DNA of 64,000 bases from Macrostomum lignano (lineage: Eukaryota): assembly GCA_002269645.1 (NCBI GenBank), contig NIVC01001592.1, positions 186,001-250,000 of the forward strand, written 5' to 3'. Under the pieces are notes generated by a model. It saw nothing but the letters and a program-made list of their open reading frames with translations, was not told the origin of the DNA and did no database searches. Made by a program: the position numbers and the translations under genes. This document shows, piece after piece, positions 12,237 to 26,644 of the stretch. Numbering within the stretch: the first letter of the stretch is position 1; every line of letters starts with the position of its first letter.

Positions 12237-15200
12237 GCCGGCAGGAAGCTGCGCGGACCACTCGTGGAATTCCCGGAGTGGACATCCTGCAGCTTAACCT
12301 GCACCACTGCATCGCGGCCTCGACCAACCTGATGCGGGTGGCAAACTTTGCGAAACCGGGCATCATCCTACTCCAGGAGCCCTGGACAAAGAAAGGTAAG
12401 ATTCCGAATATTCCTGCTGGTTTTGACTGTTTTCAAGACCCCCAAAACCCCAGAGCAGCCATTTTCGTATCTACCCACCTCAAAGCTTGGCACAGACCGG
12501 ACCTCTCTGACAGAGACCTCTGTGTCATTCAGTCCAACCACATTATCACCAACCGCACGGTCATCATCGCCTCAATCTATATCCCTGGCGATGGCCCCGC
12601 GGTTCCACCCAACCTCACCTCCCTCGTGGACTACTGCTCTAACCGTAGGTTCGAGCTGCTGGTGGCGGGCGACATCAACGCTCACCACACCCACTGGGGC
12701 AGTAATACTTCCAATAGCAGAGGCGAGGAACTCCTTGCTTACATCTGCACCACCAACACTGAGTTTTGCAACATTGGTGGAACCCCGACCTTTGACAATG
12801 GGCGATGGACGGAGGCCCTCGACGTTACCCTCGTCTCCCATGGCTTGGCTCCTTCAGTCAAGGACTGGGAGGTGTGGGACGAAGAGGAGTCTCTGTCTGA
12901 CCATCGCTTCGTTCGTTTTCGTTTGCAATCCTCTTGCCCCAAGCCTCACATTCTGTGGAAAAGGAACGTCCGGAACACTGATTGGACGGCTTTCACGGAA
13001 ACCCTGAAATGCCAGACAGATCAGCTGACTACCGTCGCTCCAACCACCTGTCAGGAAGTGGATGACCTTGCAGACTTGCTCAGCAAGACCGTCCTGACAG
13101 CCCATGAGGCTTCCTGTCCTCTTAAAGCCTACAAAGGCAAAAAATCCGCCCCCTGGTGGCACCCGGCGCTCGGATCCCTCCGGCGCAAGGCAAAGTGCCT
13201 CCAACGGAAAGCTCGCAAGAGCAAGGACCCAGCTGACCTGGCCGCCTATCAAGAAGCGATCCGCGACTTTAAGCGTGAAACCAGGAAAGCCAAGTCCGAC
13301 AAATGGCGCCAATACTGCGCGGAGTTAGAAGGCACCCGCCCTACTTCGCGCGTAGTTAAGGCTCTCACCCTCGACAAAATGTCAAAGCTCTCAGTCATTA
13401 AAAGACCGGACGGCCGGCTCGCTGAGAACCCTGGGGAATCGCTGGACATTATGCTCACCAGCTCTTTCCCACGTGCCGCACCGCAGCTAGGCCCACCGGA
13501 CCACTCTCCGGGCGGACAGATCCTGGCTTCGACCATCATTACTAGAGAGAGGACGGCTCGCGCCGCAAAATCCTTCTCTCCTTTCAAGTCCCCGGGTCCT
13601 GACAACATTTATCCTGCCTTCCTTCATGAGGCAGTTAAAAATGACAGGTTTCTCGGCCTCCTCTGCAACCTCTTCAAGGCCAGCATTACCCTCGGGTATG
13701 TGCCAAAAGCCTGGCAAGAGGCTACGGTAGTCCTCATACCCAAGCCAGGAAAGGGAGACTATCACTCCGCCAAAGCTTACCGCCCTATCAGTCTGACGTC
13801 CTTCTTCCTCAAACTGATGGAACGGCTGGTGCTATGGCGCCTTCTCCTCGTTGAGCTGAGGAACTCCCCGCTCTCCCCTAATCAGCACGCCTTTCGTCCT
13901 GGACGTTCCATCGAAAGTGCGCTGCACGCCGTTGTCGACAAGCTGGAGCGCGCCGTGCTTGGCAGTGGATACGCGCTATCGCTTTTCCTCGACATTGATG
14001 GTGCTTTTAACAATGTGCTCTTTGAAGCCTTTAAGCGAGCCCTGGAATCCCGGGGCACGCACGAGCACCTCACCCGCTGGATCATGTACATGGTCTCCCA
14101 TCGTACTGCCACCTCGCACCTCCTGGGACACTCACGCTCCGTGGAAGTCCAGAAAGGCGGACCGCAAGGTGGAGTCCTCAGCCCGATCCTCTGGAACTTA
14201 GTCATGGACGAGCTGCTTTGCAGCCCGCATCCGGACGCTGTTCAGAAGGTCGGCTATGCGGACGATATTACCGCCACTGTGGCTGGACCATCGCCCGCGG
14301 TCCTCAGGGACCTCCTTCAAGCCTTCATCCACCGTGCCGAGCGCTGGGCACATAGCTGCGGTCTCAGGTTCTCTGAGTCTAAAACCGTGGCTATCATGTT
14401 CACCAGCCGCCGAAACTGGAGGATCGAACCGCTCTCCCTCTACGGCAAACCTGTTGCCATGGAGAAACAAACTAGATGTCTGGGCGTCACCCTCGACCAC
14501 AGGTTGAGCTGGACCCCGCACGTCCAAGCTAAAGCCCGCAAAGCTCTCGCGACTCTCGCGCAGATCCGCAGAGCTTTCGGTGCTACCTGGGGCCTCACCC
14601 CCCGCCGCCTCTGGTAGATTTACACTGCCATTGTTAGACCGGCCATCTCCTTTGCCGGCTTCATTTGGAACAGTGCCCTAGAGGTGAAAGGGGTTCTTGA
14701 GGTTTTAAATAGGGTGCAAGGCCGCGCTTGTCGAGCTATCATGAGCGCGGCTCCCTCAACGCTCTTCGCTGGCATGAACTCCTTCTTGGACATTCCCCCC
14801 CTCGACCTCTTTGTTAGAGGGGAGGCTATGAAAACCACCCGTCGTCTGCTTGACGCGGGTGTCCAAATCCAGAAGCAGTTTGCCTTCAGAAAGCGGAACC
14901 TCCGGCCGCATGGCGACCTCAGCCTGCGAGACTTGGAAGCAGCGAGAGGCCTGCTGACCCTCTCGGACGGAATCCCGTCCACGCTCTGCCCCCGCTCAAA
15001 TTCAAAACCAGCATTCCACCACGCCATGAAGCGAGAGACAGCTGGAAACCCCATGAAATCCACTGCTTCACTGACGGGTCCCAAATCAACTCCGCCTCTG
15101 GATACGGCTACTGCATTGTGTCTGGAGGGAGAACTGTGGCGACCTTCTCCCAACACACCGGCACCTGCTCCACCGTCTTCCAGAACGAAGTTCTCGCCAT

Positions 15201-15980
15201 CAGCTCCTGCGCCATGGAGCTGTACAATCAGCGCGTCTGGGGGAAGGAAATTACCCTCCACTCGGACAGTCAAGCGGCGATTCACGCGCTTGAGCGCACC
15301 ACCACCTGCTCGCGTACAGTCCTCGACTGCATCGGGCAGCTCAACCGCTTAGGCGCCTCCAACAAGGTGTCTCTAAGGTGGATCCCCGGGCATTCGGGCC
15401 ACCCCGGCAACGAGCTGGCCGATCGCCTGGCCAAGGCTGGCTCGACCGGTTCCTTCACTGGTCCCCTGCCCGTGGCCCCCACCCCATCGCCGTTGTCACC
15501 ACTCGGATCAACCAGTGGGTGGCTTCTAAGCACAGGGAGAGGTGGGCTAACACCCCCGACTGCCGGCAATCCCGCGCGGCTGTCCCCTGTCCTTCCTCCG
15601 CCCTGCGCAAGGCCCTGCTTGGACTCAACCGCAGGGACATCAGGGCGGTTACCATGGCCCTCTCGGGTCATGGCTGCTTTGCCAGGCATCGTTACCTCCA
15701 GGAGAAAATCCGCAGTGAGGAATGCCCTTTCTGCCTCTCCGGTGTCGAGAATGCGGAGCACTTCATCTGTGAATGCCCCGCCTTTACTCAGGACAGGCTC
15801 ACCTACCTCGGCCCAAACCCGGACCTCTCCGACGTTTTCAGGCCCGAGAATCTCTGCCAGCTCGTCCGCTACCTAAGGGCTACCGGGCGAGCGACAATCC
15901 ACCTCCTGGACTCTCCGGAGGGGGACCGCGCTGCGGACGCCGGCGCCACCGGAACTCCCTGCGCGACACCGCAGCACTAG
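12233..15980 (+). pseudogene. LINE ORF2: APE endonuclease - reverse transcriptase - RNase H - C-terminal Cys/His motif; one stop and two 1-nt deletions
   Basis: ILQLNLHH, LLQEPW, GDINAHH, DVTL, LSDHRFV (APE); KSPGPD, YRPISLTS, PQGGVLSPILWN, YADD (RT); [29 protein letters not shown] (RNase H); CPFC...AEHFICEC. Lesions: TAG at 14615-17, C-run ~14990, C-run ~15483. Confidence 0.92.
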
Positions 15981-16582
15981 CTGCCCGTGGTCACCAGGGT
16001 TAGCGAAATGGGCGACAACGCCTCCTCGCTGTTTCCGGACGCACGGAGCCCCCTGCAGCTAAGTCAAAGTAAGACCCCGGGAGGAACAGCCCTAAGGAGA
16101 CGAGCTCTACAGACACGCGCGACAAAGAAGAGGAGCCCGCAACAGTAAGTGATCACTGATTTTGTTCCCAGGCTTAAGTGTCTGGAAGTGGGAGTTTTCG
16201 GGAGACTGATCACCACCCGACCAAACATTGTGTATAGCTTAGTTATAAACAAAATTTCTTAGATTAGTAAAAAATGAAGCATAAAAACTATACTGATAAA
16301 ACAGGTACTTTCAAATATGTATGATATTTTGTAGCTATTGAATCAATAATGACGATAAAATATATAAACTTGCCGGCTTGAGCTTAAAATCGAGACAAAG
16401 AGAAAAATTAGGCAGAGGGTTCACTGGACAGTAAAGTGAAGTGGCTTCTAGAAATTTACTGACGCATCATAAATTTTTCGGAATTTTAATAATTAAGAGA
16501 CGATGTTATTCGAATGAGAAAAATACGCGAAAAAAATCTATAAGAGTAAATATTTTCTGAAAAAAGCTAATAAAACCTTTAA

Positions 16583-19362
<2,780 letters not shown>

Positions 19363-19719
19363 TAGTGCCTCTATCTGTCTGAATTTTGATGCAATTGTCA
19401 ATTAAAACTCATTGCTTCAATAAAAACGACAAAGTTAATATAGATACCGTCAAAAAAACTCTGATGCTTAAATTTTAAAGTCACAGAGTCCGTAGCAAAG
19501 TTACGCTTGTGTTGCAGGATAAATTTGATTTGCATCGATTGGCACCTTTAGGGATCCTCGAGAACGGAGGGGTCAGTTGGGGCCACGGAAACCGAGTCGA
19601 TTGTCTGATGACCCTGACTGACGCCCGTTCGACACGGGATGATGTAATTGTTGGTTCCCCTGAAAGAAGCCCCGAAAGAAGCCGATATGTTTAGATCACT
19701 TTTGCTGGCAGTCGGTAAA

Positions 19720-19998
19720 CAGATCAAACGAAATTGAGCAATAATGAAACGAAATTGAGCAATGATCAAACGAAATTGAGCAATGATCAAACAAATTGAG
19801 CAATGATCAAACGAAATTGAGCAAGGATCAAACGAAATTGAGCAATGATCAAACGAAATTGAGCAATGATCAAACGAAATTGAGCAATGATCAAACGAAA
19901 TTGAGCAATGATCAAACGAAATTGAGCAATGATCAAACGAAATTGAGCAATGATCAAACGAAATTAAGCAATGATCAAACAAAATTGAGCAATGATCG
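19720..19998. repeat. 21-bp minisatellite (TGAGCAATGATCAAACGAAAT)n
   Basis: About 13 units; explains the SNDQTKL and FDHCSIS ORFs. Confidence 0.95.
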
Positions 19999-20227
19999 AA
20001 CGACCTTCAACTTACGCGACAGACTCGTCCGGTAGAATCTCTGGATCTTCATTTTCGTCTACATTGCTTTGGGCCTGAAATTCCGGGTGGTCGCACAGCT
20101 CCGTGTCGATGTCGAAGCCGACTCCGTTCTCTAGCAGTATGCTACAAATAGTGAGTTAATATTACATATAGTTGCAATTTTTTAACTGCTCAGTTGAGTA
20201 TGAATTTGAATTATAGGCAAAAAAAAC

Positions 20228-23200
20228 TTACTCAGGTTGCTGGGCGATCGGGTCAATCTGCACTGCTTTCTTCTCCAGCTGTTGCCTAATCGCATTTGAA
20301 GTAAATGCGGCCAGACTTTTCAATGACCTGCCACGAGTGTCCTCTGCTCCCTCCACAAAGTTGCTTTCCAGGAGATACTTCAGCGCTTCGAGTCTCTGGT
20401 AGTACACAGCGATCATTATGGGAGTGGTTCCCCTGCTGTCTGTTGCCTGCAGGTTTGCTTTTCTTTTGTCAAGAATCTTAAGAACTTCCTTGTGGCCAGC
20501 TTTAGCAGCGAGGTGCACTGCAGTGGTGCCATTCTCGTTTGAGGCGTTAGGATCGCAGCGTGCTGTTTCTAGAAGGAAGCTGACTAGTTGCTGAAGTCCA
20601 TAGTGGCTCGCATACATCAGTGCTGTGTTGCCCTGGCTGTCAGCGACGTCCATATCTAGGCGCTCATTAAATGCTAGTTGCAGAATTTTCAATCGCTGCT
20701 CCTGGTTTTGTTTCTTTTGCATGCCAAGGATGCAGGCAAGATGGACAATCGACCGATGCCGTTGGTTAATTCTGCGAATGTCGCACTGGAATTCGAGCAG
20801 TAGTTTCAGGCTCTCATAGTTTCCAAGCTGGGCGCAATCTAGCACTGGGGTGTTTCCATCTTTGTTTACTTTGTCCAGCTGGGCGTCTCCTGCTTTGAGC
20901 AGACGGAGCAAGTGAGCATGATTAGCGCGCGCTGCCGCATGAGCTAAGCTGTCATCGTGCTTGGTCAAGACTTCAAGGTTTTCTCGAGGGAGGAGTTCCT
21001 CAACAAGGTGAGAATTCCCAGACGCAAAGGCGTACCACAACGATGTTTTCCCCGTTACAGGGCATTCATAGTAGCTATTTACACCACGCTTTTGAAGCCA
21101 TTCCACCATATGCTGGTGGCCTTCGAGAACAGCAAAGTGCACGATATCTTCCGGAAAGGTACCACCCATCACGAAATTATATAGAAACTGAGCGGCTTCC
21201 GTGTTTCCATGCAGCACTGCATAGTGAAATGGCGTCAGGTTTCTTTTATTCTTTTGCGACATCACTTCGTAGTTCTCTGCTTCAATGTGTTGCAGAATTG
21301 GTAGATTTCCGTGAATTGCCGCATAGTGGGCGCAGCTGTTGCCATTACTGCATTTTCTTGTATTTTTGAAACCTTTGCTTTCCAGGTACTTAAATATAGA
21401 GATATTCCCTCTAATTGCAGCCAAATGGAGGGGTGAAATTGTTTCAGCCGGTTCTTCTTGTTCCGGGTCGAAAGGAGATTCCTGTTTTTCATAGAACCAC
21501 TGCACAAGTACAAGCTTGTTGCAGCTGACCGCAACATGAAATGGCATGAAGCCCTTGAGGTTTCTTACGTCGGTGCGCAGATCCAACTCAAATAGCAGGT
21601 CGGCCATATCCAGTCTGTGCATTCTGATGGCTATGTGAAGCGGTGTGTTGCCCAAATCATCCTGATGATCAACTATTATGCGGAGGAATTCATACTGCGG
21701 TTCATTCTTGCGATTGACTAGACTTCTTAGTAGTTCTGCATCGCCCATCTTCACTGCGAGATGAAGCAAAGTTGTTCCATTATTATTCCTCGTGCCATCG
21801 AATCCTTTGCTAAGCAATTTGTCGAGCTGCTTCAGATCATGCATTCGAAAAATGTTGACAATCAGATTGTCTGTCAGCTTATTGACGTCAAGGTTATCAA
21901 AATCCTGTGAAAAGAGCTCTGAGATCTCTGGATTGTTCAATTCAACAGCAACAGACAATGGCGTCTCGCCACTTTGGTTCTCAAATTCGATTGAAGCTCC
22001 ATGCTGTAGCAAGAGTTTAACGACATCGACTTTTTCCCCGCGGATGGCGTAAAAGATGGGTGTCTCGCCTTTAATGTCCGGTTGGTTAAGCGCAGCACCT
22101 GTATTAATTAGAAGCTCAGCCACATGACGGTTGCCAGTTTCGCAGGCTAAATGAAGTCCTGTTTTTCCTTGGTTATCTGCATCATCAAAAGGCACCCCAG
22201 AGCTAATTAGCTTGGGAATTAATTCACACAGGGTGTGCAAACTCGATTCGGTATTCCCAGGTTGATCATGTGAGCTGCAAAGAATATGCAACACGTTTCT
22301 ACCGTCACAGTTTTTCTTATGAACTGTCGCTTTCTGCAAAAGTAAAGCAGAAATTACTCCCAAGTGTAGGTTTCTTGCCGCGCACATCAAGGCAGTGTTG
22401 CCATCCATGGTTTGGTGATAGACTAAAGGTTTGTTCTCGCCTTCAAATAAAAACGCAACAATCTTCTCGCATCCAACACTGCTGGCGACGGTTAAGCAGT
22501 TGTCTTTTGACTTTGTTTCACTGCACAATGAGATCCCACAACTTTTTAGCTCTTTTAGCAGTTCAAAGTTGCTGTTCGAACAGGCAAAATATGCCAGGTT
22601 TTGTTCCTGGTCGTTGAATTCTTCCCATAGCCATGCGCCACAGGCCTTTAGTTCATCGAGTGTAGATTTCGAGTTGACCTTAATGCTAATCATCACTGGG
22701 GACATTGCAAAGCTGTCAACAGCGTTTGGGTCCAGCTCCTGCTTGGTAACGAGAAACTTTATCACTTCATCGTTCCTTCCTTCCACTGCGTAGTGCAATG
22801 CTGTTCTTCCGCAAGAATCGAATATGCTGGAATTCGCTCCCTTCTCAACGAGATATTTTAAAACATTTAGATTTTGCTTTCTGGCGGCTAGCATTAAAGG
22901 TGTGACTAACTTTGCATCCCGAACATTCAAATTGGCACCCTTTTCTAGCAAAACGCCAATCAATTCCAGAGATCCGAACTCGCAAGCGTAGTGAATTGCT
23001 GTCCGCCCGATGCGATTTACCGCGTTGGGGTTGGCACCGTGCTTGATTAAATAGCCGGCAATTTTCGGCCTCTCTACTTCGTGTGGATCATTTGCAGCCG
23101 AGCAGGCTAGAATCAGTGGCGTGTCTCCGTTATTGTCCTCTTGGTCAAACGCGCATCCAAACATCAGAAAAGATTCCAAAACTTTGAGGCTGCCACTCAG

Positions 23201-25162
23201 AGCGGCCATATGAGTGGCATTTCTACCTTTTAAAGTTCGTTTGTTCACATCGGCAACGTCATTTCTATTTGATCTCAGTGTCAAAACGAGAGAATCGTTA
23301 CCATGTGAGCTGATCATAAAAGGCGTGATACCTTTCTTGTCTTTAGTATCAGCTGGCATCTGGCTATTTAACATTGACATCAACAAACTTTTACTTTGCT
23401 GCTTGCAGGCGTAATGAACCTGACTCTCTTGTTCATCATTTGACGCATGCAGATCGCACCCAGAATCAATCAGAAAAGTTGAGAGAATATCGAAATTCCC
23501 CTTCATCAGAGACTCCAGTAGTAGTGTGTTTCCTGCATGGTCGATCGTGAGCATATCGGCGCCATTGGCTTTAAGAAATCGCACTAGCTCAAGCTGTCCG
23601 TTACCAACTGCATGTTGAATTGCAGATTTTCCATTCCAGTCGCGCTGATTAATATTCAGAGCTTCAGGGCCACTGACGAGCAGCTTGAAGATTTCCATGC
23701 CGCCCGGTTGTTTCCAATTGTCTATGGCAACCATCAGAGGCGTCACTCCTCGACAATCTGGTACGTCTATAGGAGTCTTTTGCTCCTGAAGAAACTTGAG
23801 CATCGAGAAATTGTTTTCCTTTGCAGCATAGTGAGCAATGGTCATGCCGTACGCATCCTTGCCATGCAGGCTGCAACTGTGTTTAGCCAAATAGCGTACA
23901 ATCGAAAGCGACTGGTCACGACCAGCACGCATTATCGGCGTTTCCCCATTTTTATCGGGGATGTCCAGAGCAGCATTGTGATCTCCTAGTAGCCGCAGAA
24001 TGTTTTCGTTTTTGCACTTAGTTGCCTGCAACGCAGGAGTGATGTCGTCTTTGTTTCTGGCGCTTCCGTTGCATTGGTTCTTAAGAAGCAAATAAACTGC
24101 CTCGATAGGTCCTTTCTGACAGAGAGCCAACAGCGGAGTATCGCGTGTGTCTGGGTGCGGCTCGTCAACTGGTATTTCTCCCTGAATCATCTCCTTTAGG
24201 ATTTCCTCAACTTGATTATCTTTTGTCTTTGTAGCAGCAATCAGAGCAAGGGAGCCAAGACTCGGATGGCTCGCAGTTGAGCAGTTCTGCTGATAGAAAA
24301 GATAACGAAACATTTCAACCGACCCATTAAGAATTGTCCGTTGAAGAGGAGAATATCCCTCACTATCAATGGCGTACATTTGAGCACCTTGACTGACCAA
24401 AAGCTTCAGTATTTCCAGCCTGTCATGTTGGACGGCCTCCTGCACGCATTCAGAATGGTGCCGAACATCGCAGCCATTTTTCACAATGTAATCAACTTTA
24501 TCGTAAAGCCCAATCTTGACAGCGCGACACAGAATGCTGCTGCCATCTTCACCGGGTTGATCGAACTTAACTTTAAACAAGCTGAGCAACTCGACGCTCG
24601 AGTTCTCATTGCTGCAGGCCAGCGAAGCAAGTCGTCGCAGATTCCTGTGATTGCATTCACTATCAAGGCAATTGTGCTTGATCATAAAGTCAACCACAGG
24701 CTTTTGGTTGTGATTTACAGCTTTCTCAAGAATCGACATTCTCAGCTGTTCTGGCAACCCTTTTAGGCAACTTGCTTTGCTTTCTAGCATCTCAGCGATG
24801 TCTATGTGCCCTGACATCAGCGCGAAGAATACCGCCGGTTCTCCGTTACCTGTGCGTCTTCTTACATCGACGTCTTTTGAAAATAGTTGCTTCACCGCAT
24901 CGATATGACCTCCCTGTGAGGCATACATCAGTGGCGTCATTCCATGCCTATCAGAAAGCTCATAGTTTGCGGATTTATCCAGCAGCTGCTTGATCATATG
25001 GGCTGAGCCTTTCTGAGCAGCAACGTGAAGAGCAGATTGACCATCCTGGTCGGTCGTGTTAACATCAACGCCGCGTAGAAGAGCATCGACACTTGTGCTA
25101 TTGTCCTCGGCCACGGAAGAGAAAAATAGGCCCTCTTGTGACGTAGCTTGTGACCCGGCCAT
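20228..25162 (-). CDS. Large ankyrin-repeat protein (1644 aa) in a single uninterrupted ORF
   Basis: Dozens of D/N-x-x-G-x-T-P/A-L-H/M-x-A units along the whole length (e.g. DQDGQSALHVAAQKG, DNNGDTPLILAC, NRIGRTAIHYACEFG, DDLGNTPLHIAIRMH, NENGTTAVHLAAKAG). No other domain recognised. A possible acceptor (cattcAG) lies 14 nt upstream of the ATG. Confidence 0.92.
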   Translation of the reverse strand: MAGSQATSQEGLFFSSVAEDNSTSVDALLRGVDVNTTDQDGQSALHVAAQKGSAHMIKQLLDKSANYELSDRHGMTPLMYASQGGHIDAVKQLFSKDVDVRRRTGNGEPAVFFALMSGHIDIAEMLESKASCLKGLPEQLRMSILEKAVNHNQKPVVDFMIKHNCLDSECNHRNLRRLASLACSNENSSVELLSLFKVKFDQPGEDGSSILCRAVKIGLYDKVDYIVKNGCDVRHHSECVQEAVQHDRLEILKLLVSQGAQMYAIDSEGYSPLQRTILNGSVEMFRYLFYQQNCSTASHPSLGSLALIAATKTKDNQVEEILKEMIQGEIPVDEPHPDTRDTPLLALCQKGPIEAVYLLLKNQCNGSARNKDDITPALQATKCKNENILRLLGDHNAALDIPDKNGETPIMRAGRDQSLSIVRYLAKHSCSLHGKDAYGMTIAHYAAKENNFSMLKFLQEQKTPIDVPDCRGVTPLMVAIDNWKQPGGMEIFKLLVSGPEALNINQRDWNGKSAIQHAVGNGQLELVRFLKANGADMLTIDHAGNTLLLESLMKGNFDILSTFLIDSGCDLHASNDEQESQVHYACKQQSKSLLMSMLNSQMPADTKDKKGITPFMISSHGNDSLVLTLRSNRNDVADVNKRTLKGRNATHMAALSGSLKVLESFLMFGCAFDQEDNNGDTPLILACSAANDPHEVERPKIAGYLIKHGANPNAVNRIGRTAIHYACEFGSLELIGVLLEKGANLNVRDAKLVTPLMLAARKQNLNVLKYLVEKGANSSIFDSCGRTALHYAVEGRNDEVIKFLVTKQELDPNAVDSFAMSPVMISIKVNSKSTLDELKACGAWLWEEFNDQEQNLAYFACSNSNFELLKELKSCGISLCSETKSKDNCLTVASSVGCEKIVAFLFEGENKPLVYHQTMDGNTALMCAARNLHLGVISALLLQKATVHKKNCDGRNVLHILCSSHDQPGNTESSLHTLCELIPKLISSGVPFDDADNQGKTGLHLACETGNRHVAELLINTGAALNQPDIKGETPIFYAIRGEKVDVVKLLLQHGASIEFENQSGETPLSVAVELNNPEISELFSQDFDNLDVNKLTDNLIVNIFRMHDLKQLDKLLSKGFDGTRNNNGTTLLHLAVKMGDAELLRSLVNRKNEPQYEFLRIIVDHQDDLGNTPLHIAIRMHRLDMADLLFELDLRTDVRNLKGFMPFHVAVSCNKLVLVQWFYEKQESPFDPEQEEPAETISPLHLAAIRGNISIFKYLESKGFKNTRKCSNGNSCAHYAAIHGNLPILQHIEAENYEVMSQKNKRNLTPFHYAVLHGNTEAAQFLYNFVMGGTFPEDIVHFAVLEGHQHMVEWLQKRGVNSYYECPVTGKTSLWYAFASGNSHLVEELLPRENLEVLTKHDDSLAHAAARANHAHLLRLLKAGDAQLDKVNKDGNTPVLDCAQLGNYESLKLLLEFQCDIRRINQRHRSIVHLACILGMQKKQNQEQRLKILQLAFNERLDMDVADSQGNTALMYASHYGLQQLVSFLLETARCDPNASNENGTTAVHLAAKAGHKEVLKILDKRKANLQATDSRGTTPIMIAVYYQRLEALKYLLESNFVEGAEDTRGRSLKSLAAFTSNAIRQQLEKKAVQIDPIAQQPE

Positions 25163-25774
25163 GTTTGCTCGAGATCTGAATGTTTGAATTGAAAGTTGAT
25201 TATAGACTTATTTTCATATTTTCTAACAACTTCGTAAACCTAACCTCAAACCCCACTCCAACTCAAAGTCAAAACTCGTTCCAAAACCCTTATCTTCTAT
25301 CAAATACTCGTATATACTCCTCTCTGAAGTTTTTAAGTTTAGGGAGAATTTGCATAGGCAAGTTTCTACGCCATCTGTTTGCAAGTTTTTGTAGGAGTAA
25401 CTTCTTTTTTAGTCGGTCTTATAACTGAATAAAATCTGCAATGAATAAAATCTTTGAATTTTAAGCAATCACGAGCTAGTCTGTGAGTCAGTTCTGACAG
25501 ATTTGTTATAAATTCAATATTTGAAGCTATTAGTATTAGAAAAAGTTGTAATTTGATTTTTCCTTGGCCAATTTTAACCGCAAAAGTTTCATTTTGCGCC
25601 CTAAACCAGCAACTCAAAACATGTGTGTTTTCAAAACTTCCGTCAACACAAGCTCATAGCTTTTTGAACAGAATACAATGTCTGTTCAACTAAACCGAAG
25701 TTCTGATTAGCTAAAACGCGCATGTTCGTAAACGTGCAAAAATCAGAAATCCTCTATTTGGATGGACAAGATAA

Positions 25775-26230
<456 letters not shown>

Positions 26231-26471
26231 GCGAGAAAGAGCGAGCGAAGCGAGCTCTTTCGAGCTTGCTTGCCGCAGCCAATCAAGCTCAAAGCACGCA
26301 CACAAGATCACCGGAAACGATTAAGGCAGCTGGAAAGCCAATGGGCGCGGTAAGCGCTTTTATCCAGAGGAACTACCTGCTGGAACCAGCTATTCCGAAC
26401 GAAAATCAGACTACTCAAGTAGTGCAAAAGAGTGCGAGCAACTACCGAGAAATCTAATTTTCGTAACCGCT

Positions 26472-26644
26472 CCAAGCCAGGGAATGGGGCTTGTTGATAC
26501 GAGATAAGAAATGCTTCTAGGGCGCTTCACTAGTGGCTACGAATTTGAGCTTAAACACTGCAGTATAGTAAGTCCATATTGATATAGATACGAGATATAT
26601 ATAGTCCAGTTGGCGTGAGTCAGCTCCCACAGCAAAACCCACAG
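26472..26644 (+). repeat. 173-bp direct repeat, copy 1 (copy 2 at 38516-38688)
   Basis: ccaagccagggaatggggc...gcaaaacccacag at both places, with 4 substitutions counted by eye. Confidence 0.9.

Larger units (their letters stand above)
10143..16073 (+). mobile_element. Apparently full-length non-LTR retrotransposon (APE endonuclease + RT + RNase H; LOA/Lian-like, R1/I group)
   Basis: Two ORFs; bounded by the 13-bp direct repeat ACCCCGGGAGGAA at 10130-10142 and 16074-16086 (TSD); 3' end ...ctaagtcaaagtaag. Confidence 0.9.

Noticed and set aside
10346-15761. Many antisense and alternate-frame ORFs over the LINE (and over the PFK exons and ankyrin gene)
   Set aside because: They are shadow ORFs of GC-rich coding sequence.
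16010-16060. GCCTCCTCGCTG near the LINE 3' end resembles the HDV ribozyme L3 loop
   Set aside because: I could not find compatible P1, P2 and P3 pairings or a J4/2 segment.
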